NCBI GenBank assembly: GCA_013239625.1
Contig: MU056262.1
Coordinates: 9,152,134 to 9,216,133, forward strand
Reading direction: 5' to 3'
Source: Lama guanicoe
Lineage: Eukaryota
DNA length: 64,000 bases
A program made the translations under genes and the position numbers. The stretch's first letter is position 1, and every line of letters starts with the position of its first letter. Under the pieces are notes generated by a model. It ran no database searches. It was not told where the DNA came from and saw only the letters and a program-made list of their open reading frames with translations. Positions 48,751 to 62,073 of the stretch are shown piece after piece.

Positions 48751-49761
48751 GAGACTGGTCCAGGAATCTTCCTAATTTCACCTCTAACCAGACAGATCGC
48801 AGGTCCACTTGGGGTTTTAGTTTCAGGGATGTGCCCCGCCCTCCAACTGGTTAAATATTCCATGAATTCTAGAAAGAAGAATTAGAATCAGAAGAGTGAA
48901 TTAGATCTGTATGTTTTGACTGACAGAAAAAAGATTCTCTATGTATTTTTAATAGAAATGAAATTCAAGAAGAATATTTTTGGGACACCGTTTTGTTTCA
49001 GCACTCTGTGGTTAATTTATATCTCATCTTTTTCTGTAATATAGTCATCTTTGGCTGAGGGAAGTCGAAGGCAGTACTGGCAAGGGCTGGCCAGGGTGAT
49101 AAGAGATTTGTGGAGGCATCAGAACTGCAGCTGAGCCTTGAAAGGATGGGGCTTGTGTCTGGCACAGGAGTGGAAAGGGCATCCTAGGTTGGCCAATAGC
49201 CCAGGCAAAGGTCTGGTCTGAGCCAGATGACTGTGCTGTAGTGGAGGAGCTAGAAGACCTTCCAAGGCAGTGAGTAGGAAGACAAGGTGTGGTTAGGCCC
49301 CTTGGTGCTAGTAGCATGAGAGCTTAGTCTGACACATGACTACCTGGGGCAGAAATTCTCCTTCAAGACAAGGTGGTTTCCAGGCTGGTCAGTGGCCTGG
49401 ACAGTAAAATTAATTTTTTTCTGCAGAAAAAGTCATGGTTTAGGTTTAGGCTGATCTCAGAACTGCATTTGGGTGGCATCTGAGCCTTCTGGGTGTGCAT
49501 CAGGTTCTACTAGGCTGAGAGGGGCCCACAGCATGGACCAAAATCTAATCTGAATTGTGCCCTGGTTTGTACCTGCATCTATCTCCTGTTCTCCCTCTGG
49601 AGCTCCCTGATAAGTAGGCCTCCCCTCTGGGTGCCCGAAGGGCCTCAGTCTCTGGTGACCACTGCCCCTTGTCCATTACTGCCCCTTTCTCATGCCTGGG
49701 GTTAAGGACCAAGTCTGACTCAGCTGCCTCCAGCTTGCCTTCCTCAGCTCAGGAAGGACAG

Positions 49762-49777
49762 AAAGAGAGAGAGAGAC

Positions 49778-49815
<38 letters not shown>
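49762..49815. repeat. (GA)n microsatellite
   Basis: Interrupted GA run. Confidence 0.9.
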
Positions 49816-49821
<6 letters not shown>

Positions 49822-50917
49822 GGAGGGAGGGAATATCTTTATATTCTGGTTTTTCATACATCTGAGCCAACCTGCCATGGAGGTCTTCATTTAAGTGAGG
49901 TTAAGCAACATAATGAATGATAACTTTGCTAATAGTTTATCAAAAGTGCAGAAGAATTTCACATACAGCTGTTTCCTATTTTAGTCTTAAGTGAAAGGGT
50001 GAAAGGAGAGGTCATAATGTTTATAGTTAATTTTTAAATATTATCAAATTAATGCATAAACAGTTTCAAATGTCTGGTTTTGGTTGACTAAGTAAATCAA
50101 AGTTATATCCCTCTAACTAGTCAACCAACTTTGAAAAGCTGGGCAAAATATAAAAAGGATCTTCTTAAAGGCATCAGGGAGTTAACAAGTTATTGAAAAA
50201 TGACTTGTCTAGGATCCAGGGAGGGTGGAAATCCAGAGATGGGCCCAGCCTTTGGGTGGTTTCTTCCACTAGGGAGGAATACAGATTAGCATCCAGGGTC
50301 CACCAGGGTTAAGGGAGAACCCTGAGGAGTTAGAACACAAAAGAACCCACCCTAGGGGAAAGAGTGATTCAGGCTTCAGCAATCCTGGTTACTCAAGCAA
50401 TTGTCTTTCAACTTCAGATCCAGCCTTCAGTTATTCTCTACACTGTGAGGCTGGGGACTGAACTCTTGAAACCATATTTCCGAGCTGCCCAGCTGGCTTT
50501 CTATTATATTCTGCCAATAGGAGTCACTGGAGAAAGGGAAATGGAAAGGCAGGAGAAGAAAAGAAGAAAGTCTCTCCAGTTTTTCCTGTTCCTTTCAGTG
50601 CTGCTCCAGCAGTGGCAGTTGGCTGTGACCTCCAACCTCTTCTGGCCATCATAGAGCAGCCCCGCCATGCCCATGCAGAACCGCTGTCCGCCAGAGCAGA
50701 GCCCCGAATTCAGAGGCCTGAGGCCCAGCAACACAGGGCCCTTCTCTCAGCTGTCTTCTGGTAACCTCTGCCTCTTCCCATTTCCCTTAAATGGACTCTG
50801 AGCTGGATCAGCTCGGCTTGCAAGGATCTGAAATGGGATTCAGGTGATCTTAGAGCACTACTCAATCAATCCAAAAGGAATCAAGAAAGGAGAGAACGGG
50901 TGAAATGAACAGAACAC

Positions 50918-51340
50918 ATTTTTTTAAATTGAAGTTTAGTCAGTTTATAGTATGTTACTTTCTGGGGTACAGCATAGTGATTCAGATATGTACATATATA
51001 GATATTCCTTTTTGTATTCTCTGTCATTATAGGCTATTACAGGGTATTGAATATAGTACCCTGTGCTATACAGTAGGACCTTGTCTGTTTATTTTATATA
51101 TAGTAGTTAGTATCTACAAATCCTGAGGTACCACTTTTTCCCTCCACACCCCACCTTTTCCCCCATGGTAACCATAAGTTTGTTTTCTATGCTTGTGAGT
51201 CTGTTTCTGTTTTGTAAATAAATTCACTTGTGTCATTTTTTTAGATTCCACAAGTAAGTGATATCATATGTTATTTTTCTTTCTTTTTCTGACTTACTTC
51301 ACTTTGTATAACAGTCTCCAGGTCCATTCATGTTGTTGCA
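50918..51340 (-). mobile_element. L1 3'-end fragment
   Basis: tttttaaattgaagtttagtcagtttatag...ggtaaccataagtttgttttctatg...ttagattccaca..gtgatatcatat. Confidence 0.85.
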
Positions 51341-51454
51341 GAAAGCATTTCTGAGTAATGATGCAGAGACCAGCCAACTTGGACCCTGAGGCAAGAGGAA
51401 AAATGGGTACTCCTACACACATATTTTTACTATATTATAGTATTTAATTGTCTA

Positions 51455-51835
51455 GTTTTTTATTGTAGTATAGTCAGTTTACAGTGTTGTATCAATTTCA
51501 GATGTACAGCATAATGTTTCAGTCATACATATATATATACATATATTTATTTTCATATTCTTTTTCATTATAGGTTACTACAAGATATTAAATATAGTTC
51601 TGTTAGCTATGCAGAAGAAACTTGTTGTTTTTTATATACAGTAGTTAGTATCTGCAAACCTCAAACTCCTAATTTATCCTTTCCCACCCTCTTTGCTTTC
51701 TGGTAACCATAAGTTTGTTTTCCATGTCTGTGAGTCTGTTTCTGTTTTGTAAATAAGTTAACTTATGTCTTTTCCTTCTTTTTTTTTAGATTCCTCATGT
51801 GAGTGATATCATATGGTATTTTTCTTTCTCTCTTA
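51455..51835 (-). mobile_element. L1 3'-end fragment (same family as 50918-51340)
   Basis: tttttttattgtagtatagtcagtttacagtgttg...ggtaaccataagtttgtttt...ttagattcc. Confidence 0.85.
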
Positions 51836-51839
51836 CACA

Positions 51840-52530
51840 CATTTTAATGTATTATTTAATGGTTAATTTTTCCAGAACATTAAAATAGTTGAAAAATATT
51901 AAAGAACCAAAAAGTAGGTGTATTAAAACTCACAATATTATTTTATATTTCTATATTTTATTTATACTCAAACCAGAATTATAATTTTACTTTCCTGGGT
52001 TTAATGAAAGCACACTCATGAATAATATTTTTAAAACCTCTTTGCTTAGCTCATTTTCTATTGAGAGGGTACATGTTTGACAATTTCTCTTGACTAACTG
52101 ACAATCTCAGATACTTTTAAAATAACTACAGCTTACCAAGACTTCTTAATTACAGGATGCTACTAGCATAGTTAAAATTTTTTTCAAGGCTGGCTATTGC
52201 CAAATTTGGATAAGATTCCACTAAGCAAAATTTGTGAATCAATTTTAAAAGATCCAAACACAATGCTGATTTTCTATTACAAAGCATCAATATTGCAGGT
52301 TTCTTAAAACTGTCTGTTGGAATTTCTACAGAACTTAAAATTTCAGAATCTATTAGCACCAAATCAATGTCTGCTTTTGACAAATCAGATGTATTCATAG
52401 AACATAACTTTTCTTCAGTTAAAAATTCAAAATCTGAAGACCCTGTTTAAATGTTTACACTTCCATTTCAAATGTGAAAATAGGGCATCTCTAGTCTCCT
52501 TAATTTCTATTTGATATGCACTTTCCCATA
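51840..52530 (-). mobile_element. Degenerate hAT DNA transposon (transposase C-terminal/dimerisation region)
   Basis: Minus-strand translation LVESYPNLAIA...(broken)...TLSIENELSKEVFKNIIHECAFIKPRK resembles the hAT motif YPNL...LSIENE...FDDIIDEFA..K.RK. Confidence 0.6.
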
Positions 52531-53690
52531 ACAATTGATATTCCCATTAGGTGGTTTATATATTTCCAGTTTCTCTCTCTATTTTTGTTGGTCTGAAAAT
52601 GTATTTACTTTCCTTCAGTTTTGAAGAATATTTTCACTGTCCACAGACTTCAACATTGGTAGTTACTTTCATTCATCAGGTTAAAGGTATTCCACTGTGT
52701 GTGGATTTCCATTATTTCTGTTGAAAATTCAGTTGTCTGTTTTATTGTTGTTCCTCATTAATATGATTTGTTTTAATATGGCAGCTTTTAAGGTAATCTT
52801 TCATCTTTGGCTCCTTGAAGTTTGACTTTGAAGTGCATTTGCATTATTATGAATAGGGCTGCTATAAATATTATTTCATATGCCTTTTGGGAAAATATTA
52901 TGCATTCCTCTTGGATATATACCTGAGGTGAAACTGCTCAGTCATGGAATATGTGTAGATTATCAGTATTAACTATTATTTTTATTAGTCATTATCTATT
53001 ATTATCATGTTATATATTATTAGCTCTCATTATTAATGCAATGTACTAACTCTTAATGTATTAACTCTTAATTCTGGCTATTCAGTTGCTATTATCATTA
53101 ATGGACTGGGAGCAGGATGGGGTAGTTCTCAGAAAGGAAGTGGCTAAGGAGCAGAGAAGGAGCTGGGCCCACATCTGGAGCAGTCCAGCCATTGGCGATC
53201 CATGGCCCATTAAGGAGGCTGACATTCTGGGCTCTGTCCTAATAGGAACAAAGATCATATGTGATCCAGGCAGGTTCTCTTCTTGGGAATCTGAACCAGA
53301 ATTCCCTGAAAGATCCCCAGGTGGTGGTCAGTGGGTCAGGATGTAGATTGAAGTTAGTTACTCAGAGGGATCCAAGTAAGGTCCACCCTCACGCAGCCAG
53401 AGCCACCCATTGTGGCTCTGTCCTCTTCCAGTCAGAGCCCAAACACCTGAGTTTCCTCAGGCCACTGCCAGCAGCTCTTCCTTGAGTATCTGGTGGTTGA
53501 ACTGCAGGATCCCCCACCAAACATCACCAGTATTGGGAGCCTGCATCACCAGACCCCACCAAAGAGAAGGACACTCATGCTGATTCCATGTGTGAAACAT
53601 TTATTTTCAGGAAATGTTTGTGCTTGCATGCGAGGGAACTTTGTGGGTTGTCTGCGGCTGCCAAAATGACATCTGACAGGATTAACTGGA

Positions 53691-56600
53691 TCACCAGAGC
53701 CACAGAATGAGGACTGGGAAGGCAGCAATAACTTTGAGGCCTGGGGCCATGTAGGGGTGGGATTTTGAGAATGACCACTTAGGTGACAAAATGAGTTTCC
53801 CATGCACTGGAGTCTCGGTTAGTTTCTGGTCTGGAGCCAGATTCTGTCTTTGACGAGGATGTGGGAGGACGGAGCGGCAAGAGCTGCCCAGCTGCTCATC
53901 CGGGAACTCGTCCTCCAAGGGACTCTGCCCCTTGTTTTCCTCCCGTACCTGGAGGCGGCAGTCAGTGGGCAGAAGCTCCCACAGCTCCCCCAACCATCCA
54001 CCTGCTCAGACCCCTGAGCTCCTCTTTTGCCCAGCCCAGCATACCTGTTCCACCTGTCTGAAGACTCGCAGCAGGTTTCCTCGAAGGACACCCTGAAGCT
54101 CTTCCTCACTCCAGTCACGACGCAGCAACTCCTCTATCAGTACCGGGTATGTGGACACGTCCTCCAGCCCCTGAGGGAACCTGTGTGGCCACCAGCCAGC
54201 CAGCTGTTGGGCCTCAGCCCTGTTCCCTGGTCCTGAGTCAGAACCTCAGCCCTATGCATCCAGGGTCCACTGAACCCCACCCCTGGTCAGATATGGGAAA
54301 TGGAGGCTTGGAGAGAGTAAATGATTCACCCCTGCTCTTCATCCATCAGAAGGGAGGCTGCAAAAGCTCCTTGAATATTCATCAGAGCTCACTGAATTGT
54401 ACTAAGATCTATGCCTTTTACTGAATGCAAAATTTTCCTCTATTTACAAATAGAAGAAAACCTTTTTAAGAACTGGGTTGATCCCCTGCACACACAGACC
54501 CAGCTGCAGGCAGAGAAGACAGTCAGTCCACACTGTACCTTGCTAAGAGTCTACTCAGGGGCCTTGGGTCTGCCAGCACTGAATGGGTGCAGATGCTGGG
54601 CAGATGAGCTCTGTCTGGTGGTTTGACCAAATGTGATGACCTTGAGTAGGTCCAATGGGCTATACATAAACAGGAAAGCCCAGGAAACAGACCCTGGGAG
54701 AGGAGAGATGCCAGCTGGGCCAGCAGACCTGAGTCTGTGGTCAAAGCCATGAAGACCACAGTGTGGTGGGCCTGGTGGCTGTGAAAGCCCCCCTGCTGCA
54801 CAGTCAGCCCACGTCAAGCCACAGGGAAGCACTTACCGGCCAGCTCCATCATAATCTCCACCAATCCCAATAAACTTGGATCCAATGACTGCCCTGATGT
54901 GGTCGAAATGATCTGAAGGATGGAGAGTCAGCGGTGTGGGGCTTCCTGGGCAGGGGTGGGAGTGGGGACTGGACTTTGTTACAGATTCCCCTTCTTGCAG
55001 CCTGTATGCCACACAGGCCAGTTCCTTCATGGACTGGCACCCAGGGTACCAACATGATAGCTCTGAGGGTTGATCTGAAGTGGTTCCAACTGGCCCCAGA
55101 CTGGACTTCAGATCTGGAGTGGACCCCAGAGCCACCCATTTGGGCCATTTCCCATCCAAGGGTCACTCTGCCTCACAGTCTCCTTGAGAACCTGTGGGGG
55201 CTCCTTTCCATGGGTGTGAAGGATGAGCGAGGGACAAGAGTACAACCGACAAAGATTATCAGAGACTTAAGGAGCTGTCCAATCCATTGGCCAGAGGCAG
55301 GGGCAAGGCACTTTCAGAGTGCCTGAAGAGGCGCAGATGGTTGGCACTTGGGCTCTGTGCCTGATTGCCTCCCTTATGTGTATCAATATCACAGTTTCAA
55401 TGCTGTGTCTCTAGTTCCACATGGCACCAAGATGCTGTTTACTCTCCATTACTGGGTTTTGGAAGGAGCTGAGGCTATTGCCAACAGGTGGATCAAACCA
55501 CTGGGGCTGTTGTGAGGTCTTCCCCAATTTTGGACCCAGATTCACATCTAAATCAGAGCTTCAGAGAGCCCAAGGTGAGGCTTACCTGCCACAGTAGACA
55601 CGTTGGCTAACAGGTTGCACTGCAGCACCCCCACTGACAAGGACACCATCACAATGCCACCATTCTTCTTCTGCCAGGTGGACAAATGGACACTCAGCTT
55701 TGCTCTCCAGCACTACTGCCCGCCTGTTCACTCTCTCAGCTCCTATGAGGACGGTGTTCAGCCCTGGCTTTGAGGTCAGAAGAGACTTCTCTCTGGGTTT
55801 GTGTGAATGGAGGAGTCTCAGCCCTGGTCTGCATGGTGTTTTGGCTCTGGGTTTGTGGGTTTGGAGGAATAGTTACCACCTAGAACCCCACCTAGGGTTT
55901 AAGAGTTCAGGGGCTGTGGGCTGTGGGTTTGTGGGGCAGAAGATGCTCCACCTGGGGTTTGGGGAAGTTGAGGGAACAGGAGCTCAGGTTCAAGGGCTCC
56001 TAGCTTGAACCTCTTGCTTTAGGTTTCACGGCCAGGGTAGTCTCTCACCAGAAGCTGCAGGATATCATCAGGAACATTCCGAGCGTCCCTGCACACGCCC
56101 CGGGCAGCTGAGTGGGAGAAGATCACGGGTGCCTGTGACACTTCTAGGGCTCGCTGTGCCACGGCGTCTGAGACATGGGACAAGTCTACCATCATTCCCA
56201 GACGGTTCATTTCTGCCACCACCTTCTGCAGGGGCAGGTTGGGGAGACAGCATCAGGGCTGCATTTATCTTGTGTGCATTTATCTGTAGGGAACTGATTG
56301 GGCACATACATTCATGTGGGGCAGGGTATGGAACCAGGGTCCTTACCTCACCAAAGCTGGTCAGCCCGCTCACATTGTTGTAGAAGGGATGGATACCCTT
56401 AGCCGAGCTCTCTGCCCTGTTGGATGGCCAGGAGGCAATCTGACTGGTGGCCATGACTTGGCCATAAAAGCCTAGCTAGAAGCCCTACTGGACCTTCTAC
56501 ACCTGCAACTCCCTGGTGTGAGAGCAGGGACCCAATCTTGGCTGTGCCTGGCAGTAACACGACCTTCTGGGGATCCAGTCTTGCTCTGCAAATCCCAGCT

Positions 56601-58020
56601 CCCCTCCCTACTCCAGGTTCAGGGCCAGATCCCAGGGGTAAAGCTTGCTGGGCCCCAATGTGATCTTGGGCAGATTCCTGTCTCTGTAGGGCCATACCAT
56701 CTGCACTGTGCTCACCAGGGTGTGTTGCAGGTGTGGGTGAGTGTCAGGTAGCGCACACCCAGCACGTAGAAGGTTCGCAAGACGGAGAGGCTACTGTCCA
56801 GTGAGTGGCCGCCTTCCACACCAATGAGGCAAGCCAATTTCTGGGTACTGTTCAGAGCTGGGGCAGATAGGTCACATGATCATTTTCAGAGGCTTAGGTA
56901 GCTCAGTCAAGTCTCTAATACCCACCACCACCAGCCCACCTACCTTCAACTGAGGTCACAAGCTCCAGCTCAGCATAGGAGGCACACATGCGCCGGATGA
57001 GATCAATTTGCTCCAGGGTAAGGCGCACAGCATCCCGTTCCTGGGTCTGGCATGGGACGTAGGCTGACCAGAACTAGGAAAAAGTCAGGGGTTGGCTTGA
57101 ACAGGGATTGCTTTGGAACTCCTTGGGCTTCTCATAGACTCCACAGCTGGCATAGCACTCACTGTGCCCACAAGTCACATGTAATGCTTTGCTTGTTCTG
57201 TGGTACTTGGATGCCCATCAAGTTGGCCCACTGTGACCTCTGCAGCCCCCAGCATCCATGTCATGGCACTTTTTAGGTCACTATAGTAACTGAGTTCCAA
57301 TGTGACTAACTTGTGGTCTCTGAGGCCCCCACACCCCAGCCCCCCACATTCCTCAGCAGCCGTGGGGGCACCTCGGGTATCCCTGTGGTACCTGGGCACC
57401 CACGAGACCATCTCTAAGCCTGTTCAGGCTGGTCTGGCCGTGGCTGAAATTGTGCAGATTAACATCCTGTAGCCCATTGTGGTAAAACTGCCTCACGACC
57501 AGGGGCATGTCGTTGTGTCTGGAGGGAAGTCAAAGCAAATAAGTGGGCTCCTTAGGCCTTGGGATCAGGCAGGACATGTTGCCTGGCCTAGGCTAGCCCA
57601 GGGGCCCCCCACCCCATACCGTCACACAGACCATACTAGAATCTGCTGAAGCCTGGGTTGAGGGGTTCCCACCAGAGAGGGGATGACAGGAGGGGAAGGG
57701 CACCCATGGATGATGGGAGAGGACATCTAGGGTGATGTCAGGGAATCTCCTCACTAGCCCCGCATGCTCCGGACATCCATCCCTGCCCAAGGGTAAGCTT
57801 GGCCCCCACCAGTCCCCACTAGTCTCTACCCCGAACCTACGCACCCGTCCACGAGCGGGAAGTCCCGCATCAGGGCCCGTGCGCGCTCTCGCAGACTTGG
57901 GGCGCTGGAGGTGTCCGGCGTGGTCGGGGCGCCAGTTACTGGTCCCATCAGCAGCCACAGGAGGAGCAAAAGCAGCCACTGGCTGAGCACATCGGGAACC
58001 TCAAGGCCACTGGGCCACAT
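53691..58020 (-). CDS. DPEP2: Dipeptidase 2 (GPI-anchored, M19 family), 10 coding exons, about 458 aa
   Basis: Exons 58020-57845, 57518-57392, 57073-56944, 56857-56716, 56416-56347, 56225-56049, 55670-55586, 54912-54837, 54180-54045, 53948-53691 sum to 1377 nt in frame. Intact GHND, VEGGH, LTH, DLSH, FSHS, GGDYDG. AATAAA at 53600-53605. Confidence 0.95.
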
Positions 58021-58280
58021 GCTTCTCAGGATAAGGGCCGCTATTGAGAGCCTGAGGGGCGGGCAGTGGGGTCTACACAGGCCACTCGGTGGCGCGTATA
58101 GCTGGGAGAGGAGCGGGCAACGAGTCACAGGACCCTGCGAACCATGCGCTGAGAGCCGCGTTCGCGAAGCACGACCTCCAGGGGGCCGCACTGCCCTCTG
58201 GCCATCCGCTAAGATGGAGCTGCTACAGGGATCGCAGGCCTCCCCCACGAGCCCACTCGCCTCCCATCGCGGGTTCCCTC
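57830..58280. promoter_or_regulatory. CpG-rich region at the DPEP2 first coding exon
   Basis: Dense CpG; CTCF-like motifs near 58081-58096 and 58175-58189. Confidence 0.6.
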
Positions 58281-58381
58281 AGCCCCTGACCCTCTCCCCA
58301 CACACACTGCTCTGAGGGGTCCACCCCAGACTGCTCTCCCGCACCCGTCTCTAACCTTGCTGTCCAAGAGAGAGAGTCTGG

Positions 58382-58385
<4 letters not shown>

Positions 58386-58428
<43 letters not shown>
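58386..58428. repeat. (CT)n microsatellite
   Basis: About 21 CT units. Confidence 0.95.
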
Positions 58429-58430
<2 letters not shown>

Positions 58431-61400
58431 GCAGTGGCCTTAAGCCACAAGGCCTCTTCAGATCACATCTTGTCCTCATCTGCCTGCAGCCTGTCCTGCC
58501 CACCCTGAGGGCTGCGTGCGAGTGTCTCTGTGGCCACAGTGCTCTGGGCTTTTGGTTTCCTGGTGCTGAGCCACATCGGGTAGGTGTGGGGGAGGAGAGA
58601 GTTTCTTGAAATGGGGAATTAATGTTGTGGATACTGGATTCTGGATTCTTCCCTGCCCCTACCCTTCTCTCTTCCCCTACTTTACTCTTTTGCCTGTATT
58701 ACTGTTTCCCTGGGACTCCAGCCAGCAACTGGGAACTGTCAGAGGCACCATTTTCTCCTCTTACCCAGTCAGCCTCAAGAACAAGCTCCCTCAGGAGTTG
58801 CTACACCTCCCTAGGGCCCAAATAGAGTTTAGGGATGTGAACTGAGCAATCATCTAGGGAGAGTCAGTGACCTTTTACACAGCAGAGCAGAAACACAGAG
58901 CAGACTATTTGAATGGAAGAAAATGAAGTCATTTCCGTGGCAGCAGAACCCCCATCCCAGCAACCTTTCTCCTGAGCTACTGGCTGACCTGCTGGCCAGG
59001 ATCCCTCCTACCTTAGTGTTGAAGGCCCGGCCTCATTGAGGTCAGAAGTAGGGGTCCTGAGGAGAGGCCTGGCACCTGGGTTCTGAAACTATATCCACCT
59101 TATTTTGTGGCTCTTATGGTTCTGGCTCTCCCAGAAACCTCAAAGACCAACTTCCTGTCCTTGCTTGGAGGCCCCACCCCATTGCCATTTCCAGCCTCAG
59201 GCCCTCACCCTAACTTCCTCCTCTAGGAACAGTCCCCTGCCACTACACACACACGCATGCACACACCAACACACACACATACACACACATACTATGCCTT
59301 CTCACAGAAGCTCCACCACTGAGATGTTTCAGGGACTTTGCCTCTCAAGGATCCACTCTGATCCTTGGCACCCCCTGAGCTGTTCCACCTTTGGAACCTT
59401 TTCCAGGTGTCAGGAGTGACTAGCACAGGGGTAGTGACCTAAGTCTGAGCCTTGGAGATCTTAGAAACCTCCCTAAAAATGAAATGAGTAAAACTCTTCT
59501 AGAGGGACTAGAAATCCTGGGCTACCCAGAAGGGGAAGGATCTGAGCTTGTGTATATTTGAGGGGCTGTGCATTTGACCTTTGTGCTTGCAGGCCAGAAG
59601 AAGGGAAAACCACTGGCACTGTGCTGGAGGGGGGTTTACTCCCTGCTTACTGCAGCTGGAGGGTTCTCTAGGCAGCCCCACTGCAGGGCGTGAGTCCCTT
59701 AGGGCTCTGCTTCAGAGAACAGCAGGGTGTATCCCTACCCTAGGTGGCTTGGGCACCTAAACTCAGACCTGGCTCTCTTTCCTCCACAGCCACCCCGTGC
59801 CCTGGCTGGCCAGTAGCCGCCACGGTCACTCTTGCTGCCAAGTAGGGAGAGGGAGGAGAAGCTCTTGGATCTCCTGGTTTTGAGGCCAAAAACATGGGCT
59901 TGGGGGATAAATAGCTTGTTTGTTCTACTCTGGGTAGCCCCCCAGGGAGTGCGGACAAATAAATAGCAGCTGCTAACAGAAGTATGGGAAGAGAGAATTT
60001 AGCTTTTTTTTAGGTTTGTTTTTTTTTTAGCTTTTTTCCAGGGAATGGATGTCTAACAACACCCTAGAGATAGGTTGTGCTGAGCTAGAGAAGGTGGGTA
60101 CCAGCAAATTTTTTATAACATTCAGCTTCAGTCCTTAAACAAGCTGGCACTGCTGGCCGTGGCCTTGAGGTGACCATATAATGACGATCATAGAAACACA
60201 GATACATCCAGATCCTTATACTTAGACTCAGGGGCAGGGCACAGAGATGGCCTTGGGTGAGGTTAAGGGGAGGACAGGCCACTCTTTTGGTTCAAATCTG
60301 CTTTCTCCTTGGGTATGAGTGCTCCCATGCCCCTGTGCAAGTGAATTCAATGAGGCCACGACCACCATATCCCAGCACCTGGCCCCACAACCTGCACTCA
60401 ACCAGCAGGTGCTTAACCAGCATTTGTTGAAAAGCGAGTTGACTTGATGCTCAGGGGGATGCTGCCTTCCCTTCCTTCCCAGGACAAGGGCATATGCCAA
60501 CAGTGATGACGTGTCAGAGAAGCTGAAGTTACTGTGTGCCTGAAGTGGTGCTACCTGTTAGTGGCACACAGTACATTCAGTCTTCACAATAGCCCACAAG
60601 GTAAGTTTTCTATGTGGAAAAATTGAGATTCTGCTAGATGAACTTAACTTTTTTACCCAAGAGCTGGCAAGTTTAGCTGGAATCTGAAACTGAAATTCCC
60701 TTATGCCCAGATCTTTCGAGCTTTGCTTCTAATTCCATTCTCCCTCTATGACCACCCCATGTTCAAAGCAGTTGCCTAGCTGATGGATGCCTTTTTCTCG
60801 ACCTCTGTTCCCCTCTGTCTGGAGACCTCCCTGAATACAAATCTGGAATGCTGGGCAGCAGAATTCCTGAATTTGGGGGCAGTCTGTGAGGACAATGGGA
60901 CTGGGATTTTGTGGAGGAGAAATATACTTAGGTCTCTGTTGTCTGGGGCTCTCTGGGACTCAGTCCAGACCCACTCAGACAGGGTCTTTGTCTCTTTTGG
61001 CTCTTCCCTATGGGTGCTCCAGGCCCTAGGGGGCAAAGCTTTGGAGAATGACTGCAAGCTGCTTGACAAAGTCTGCCCTGTCTGCTTCTGCACATGCCCC
61101 CTTACCTCTTCAGTACTGCCAGGCCCATCAGGGTTGGCCCATCACTGTTGGCCCTTCTTCAGTGAGGAGGGTTCATGGGATGTAAGGAAGGCATCTGATG
61201 AAGCCAGCAGTGGTAGGAACAGTAGCCCACCGGCCCTGGGACAGAACTCTCCTTAAACCTGGCTGAGAAGGAGGACAGGTGTGGGGAGACCAGCTGCTGG
61301 GCAGGCAATTGCTCACAGTGGTGTCCTCCTGGCCAAGTTTCATACAGGGGTTCCTTGGACTTCTTGAATTCCAGGAGCATCCTTACATCCATCTATTTGT

Positions 61401-62073
61401 CCAGATATCCTTTACTGATCCCCTGTTGGTGCCGGCCCTTTGCTGGGGTGTGCAGTGAAGGGGCTGGACAAATCTCCAGTTCTCCATCCCATGGTGCCAG
61501 CATAAGCACACAGAAGACTGGGCTGTGGGGGCTCCAGGTGCTGAGAGTCAGCCCTGATCAAGCAAATGTTAATCCATGACATATATGATTTCTCATTTAG
61601 CCTCAAGTTCAGACTTGCTGTCTCTTGTTCAACCCAGCCTGCTCATCTTTGAGGCCTGTTAGACCTGTCCTCTGCAACACCATGCTCCACACACCACACC
61701 TGGCTCCAGAGCCCGCCCTGCTTCCTGTTTCTATATGGGAATCCTGCCCTCCATTGCCTGGCTTCCATGGCTTGCACAAACTAGTTTACTCTCTGAAGGT
61801 GACCACCTGAGCCCTCACTGATTCCAAATATGGCCAAATGTCAGACAGCACCTGAGAAGCTTTTATTTTTATTTCTTTTAACTTATTAGGGTAATTTTTC
61901 CAACATATAAAAAAGTAGGGAGAAGAGTATAATGAATCCCTATGTACCCTTTGTCCAGCTTCAACAGTTATCAACTGGTGGCTCATCTGTTTCATTATAC
62001 CTTACCCATTTTTCTCTCCCTCCTTTTAATTAATCAGTCCGCCCTTATTGGGCCCAATGGGCAACTAAGAACT

